Shown here: positions 63,286 through 64,000 of the stretch, in pieces
Position numbering within the stretch: the first letter of the stretch is position 1
Layout of the letters: each line of letters begins with the position of its first letter
Source of the DNA: Candidatus Hodarchaeota archaeon
Lineage (GTDB): Archaea > Asgardarchaeota > Lokiarchaeia > Sigyniarchaeales > SOKP01
Direction of reading: 5' to 3'
DNA: 64,000 bases
Assembly: GCA_048887225.1 (NCBI GenBank)
Contig: JBHLJY010000001.1
Coordinates: 372,371-436,370, forward strand
Program-made: the position numbers and the translations under genes
Notes under the pieces: generated by a model
What the model saw: only the letters and a program-made list of their open reading frames with translations
Told to the model about the DNA's origin: nothing
The model's database searches: none

Positions 63286-63454
63286 GTAGATAACTCATTA
63301 TAATAGATATTTTAATGGAATAATTTTCTATAATTAAAACAATTTAAATAATAATACCTATCAAAAAAAATAAATCATTATTAAGAATTTTTAAATATGA
63401 ATAAACAAACCAAAATATAATAAAAGAAGATATAATAAAAATAGGTGTTTTAAA

Positions 63455-63739
63455 ATTTATTATCGAGGATATATTTTAGTCCGTCTTAAAATAATTGGAA
63501 CTGAATGGAAAGTGGTAGAAAAATTAAAAGGTTTAAAATCCACCGAACCTGGTGAAGATTGGATGGTAACATATTCCACGCCAGTATATGGTGGCTGGGA
63601 CTTAATTATCGAATGCTCTTTCAATAAGCTTCAAGATCTAGATAAGATTGTTACTTTTTGTAGAATTGACGATGAACTTGGTCAATGGATTGAGGAGACA
63701 ACTACTCTCGTAGGAACTACAAGTGATTACCCACCTTAA
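63455..63739 (+). CDS. Stand-alone Lrp/AsnC ligand-binding (RAM) domain protein, probable ATT start
   Basis: Frame extends upstream of GTG 63512 as (M)YYRGYILVRL; PVYGGWDLIIE; AGGTG 7 nt before ATT. Confidence 0.75.
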   Translation: MYYRGYILVRLKIIGTEWKVVEKLKGLKSTEPGEDWMVTYSTPVYGGWDLIIECSFNKLQDLDKIVTFCRIDDELGQWIEETTTLVGTTSDYPP

Positions 63740-63854
63740 TCCTTCAGGTGGAAATGCTGAGACCATTCGTTGTCGGTCAGAAATGATGTCTATAAGTGAA
63801 ATTAATAATTTGTTGAATGTAAATAGATTTATTAAAGTCTTTACAGGTATTAAC

Positions 63855-63998
63855 CTATTTTTTGTTAATCTTTTTTATTTTTGGAAAGAACCGACCGGTT
63901 TTAGATGCATATTCCTCATAAACCTCACCAAACATCTCTTGTAACATCTTTTCCTCCCCTTTAGCTTGATAAGGGAGTGCTAGAAAACCAATTAAACC
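63855..63998 (-). CDS. ICMT/Ste14-PEMT family methyltransferase, 3' part (truncated by window edge)
   Basis: EEKMLQEMFGEVYEEYASKTGRFFP. Confidence 0.8.
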   Translation of the reverse strand, partial: GLIGFLALPYQAKGEEKMLQEMFGEVYEEYASKTGRFFPKIKKINKK

Positions 63999-64000
63999 AA

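Noticed and set aside
63723-63944. 73-aa + strand ORF
   Set aside because: Partly antisense to the ICMT-family gene end; no RBS or motif.
39939-64000. Prenyltransferase-like, Rce1-like and ICMT-like genes as a CAAX-processing pathway
   Set aside because: They are scattered over 24 kb and not co-transcribed, and these families are common in prokaryotes with other roles.

Overview
AT-rich (~28-30% GC by eye) archaeal chromosome segment, most likely Asgard/Lokiarchaeia. The lineage call rests on archaeal TBP, histones, proteasome beta, JAMM, SRP19, eS8 and GluRS, plus Cys-tailed Lrp regulators, TPR arrays and PCI-like and adaptin-ear-like proteins. The window holds a complete trpDCFBAEG operon, then a ~20 kb variable region (short histone, Prx, Csp with Gly/Arg tail, TBP, GT4/GH130 cluster, DHS-PdaD, LysX-LysZ-LysW, high-GC katG), then mostly housekeeping and repeat-rich genes. 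Best candidate for an undescribed system: an unannotated 23-codon leader (MFRKNLNLKVPSSTWFWVWCWHA, four alternating Trp codons) between the trp promoter and trpD. Its stop codon sits in a GC hairpin followed by a U-tract, which looks like a ribosome-coupled trp attenuator in an archaeon. Other highlights: two displaced copies of the trpG 3' end bracketing the lysXZW and katG modules (possible serial-insertion hotspot), a tRNA-Pro(GGG) with two BHB introns, unannotated small ORFs (hyperacidic peptide, TRASH finger, half-TFS), and probable ATT/ATA start codons. Family assignments come from visual motif recognition only; no searches were run.
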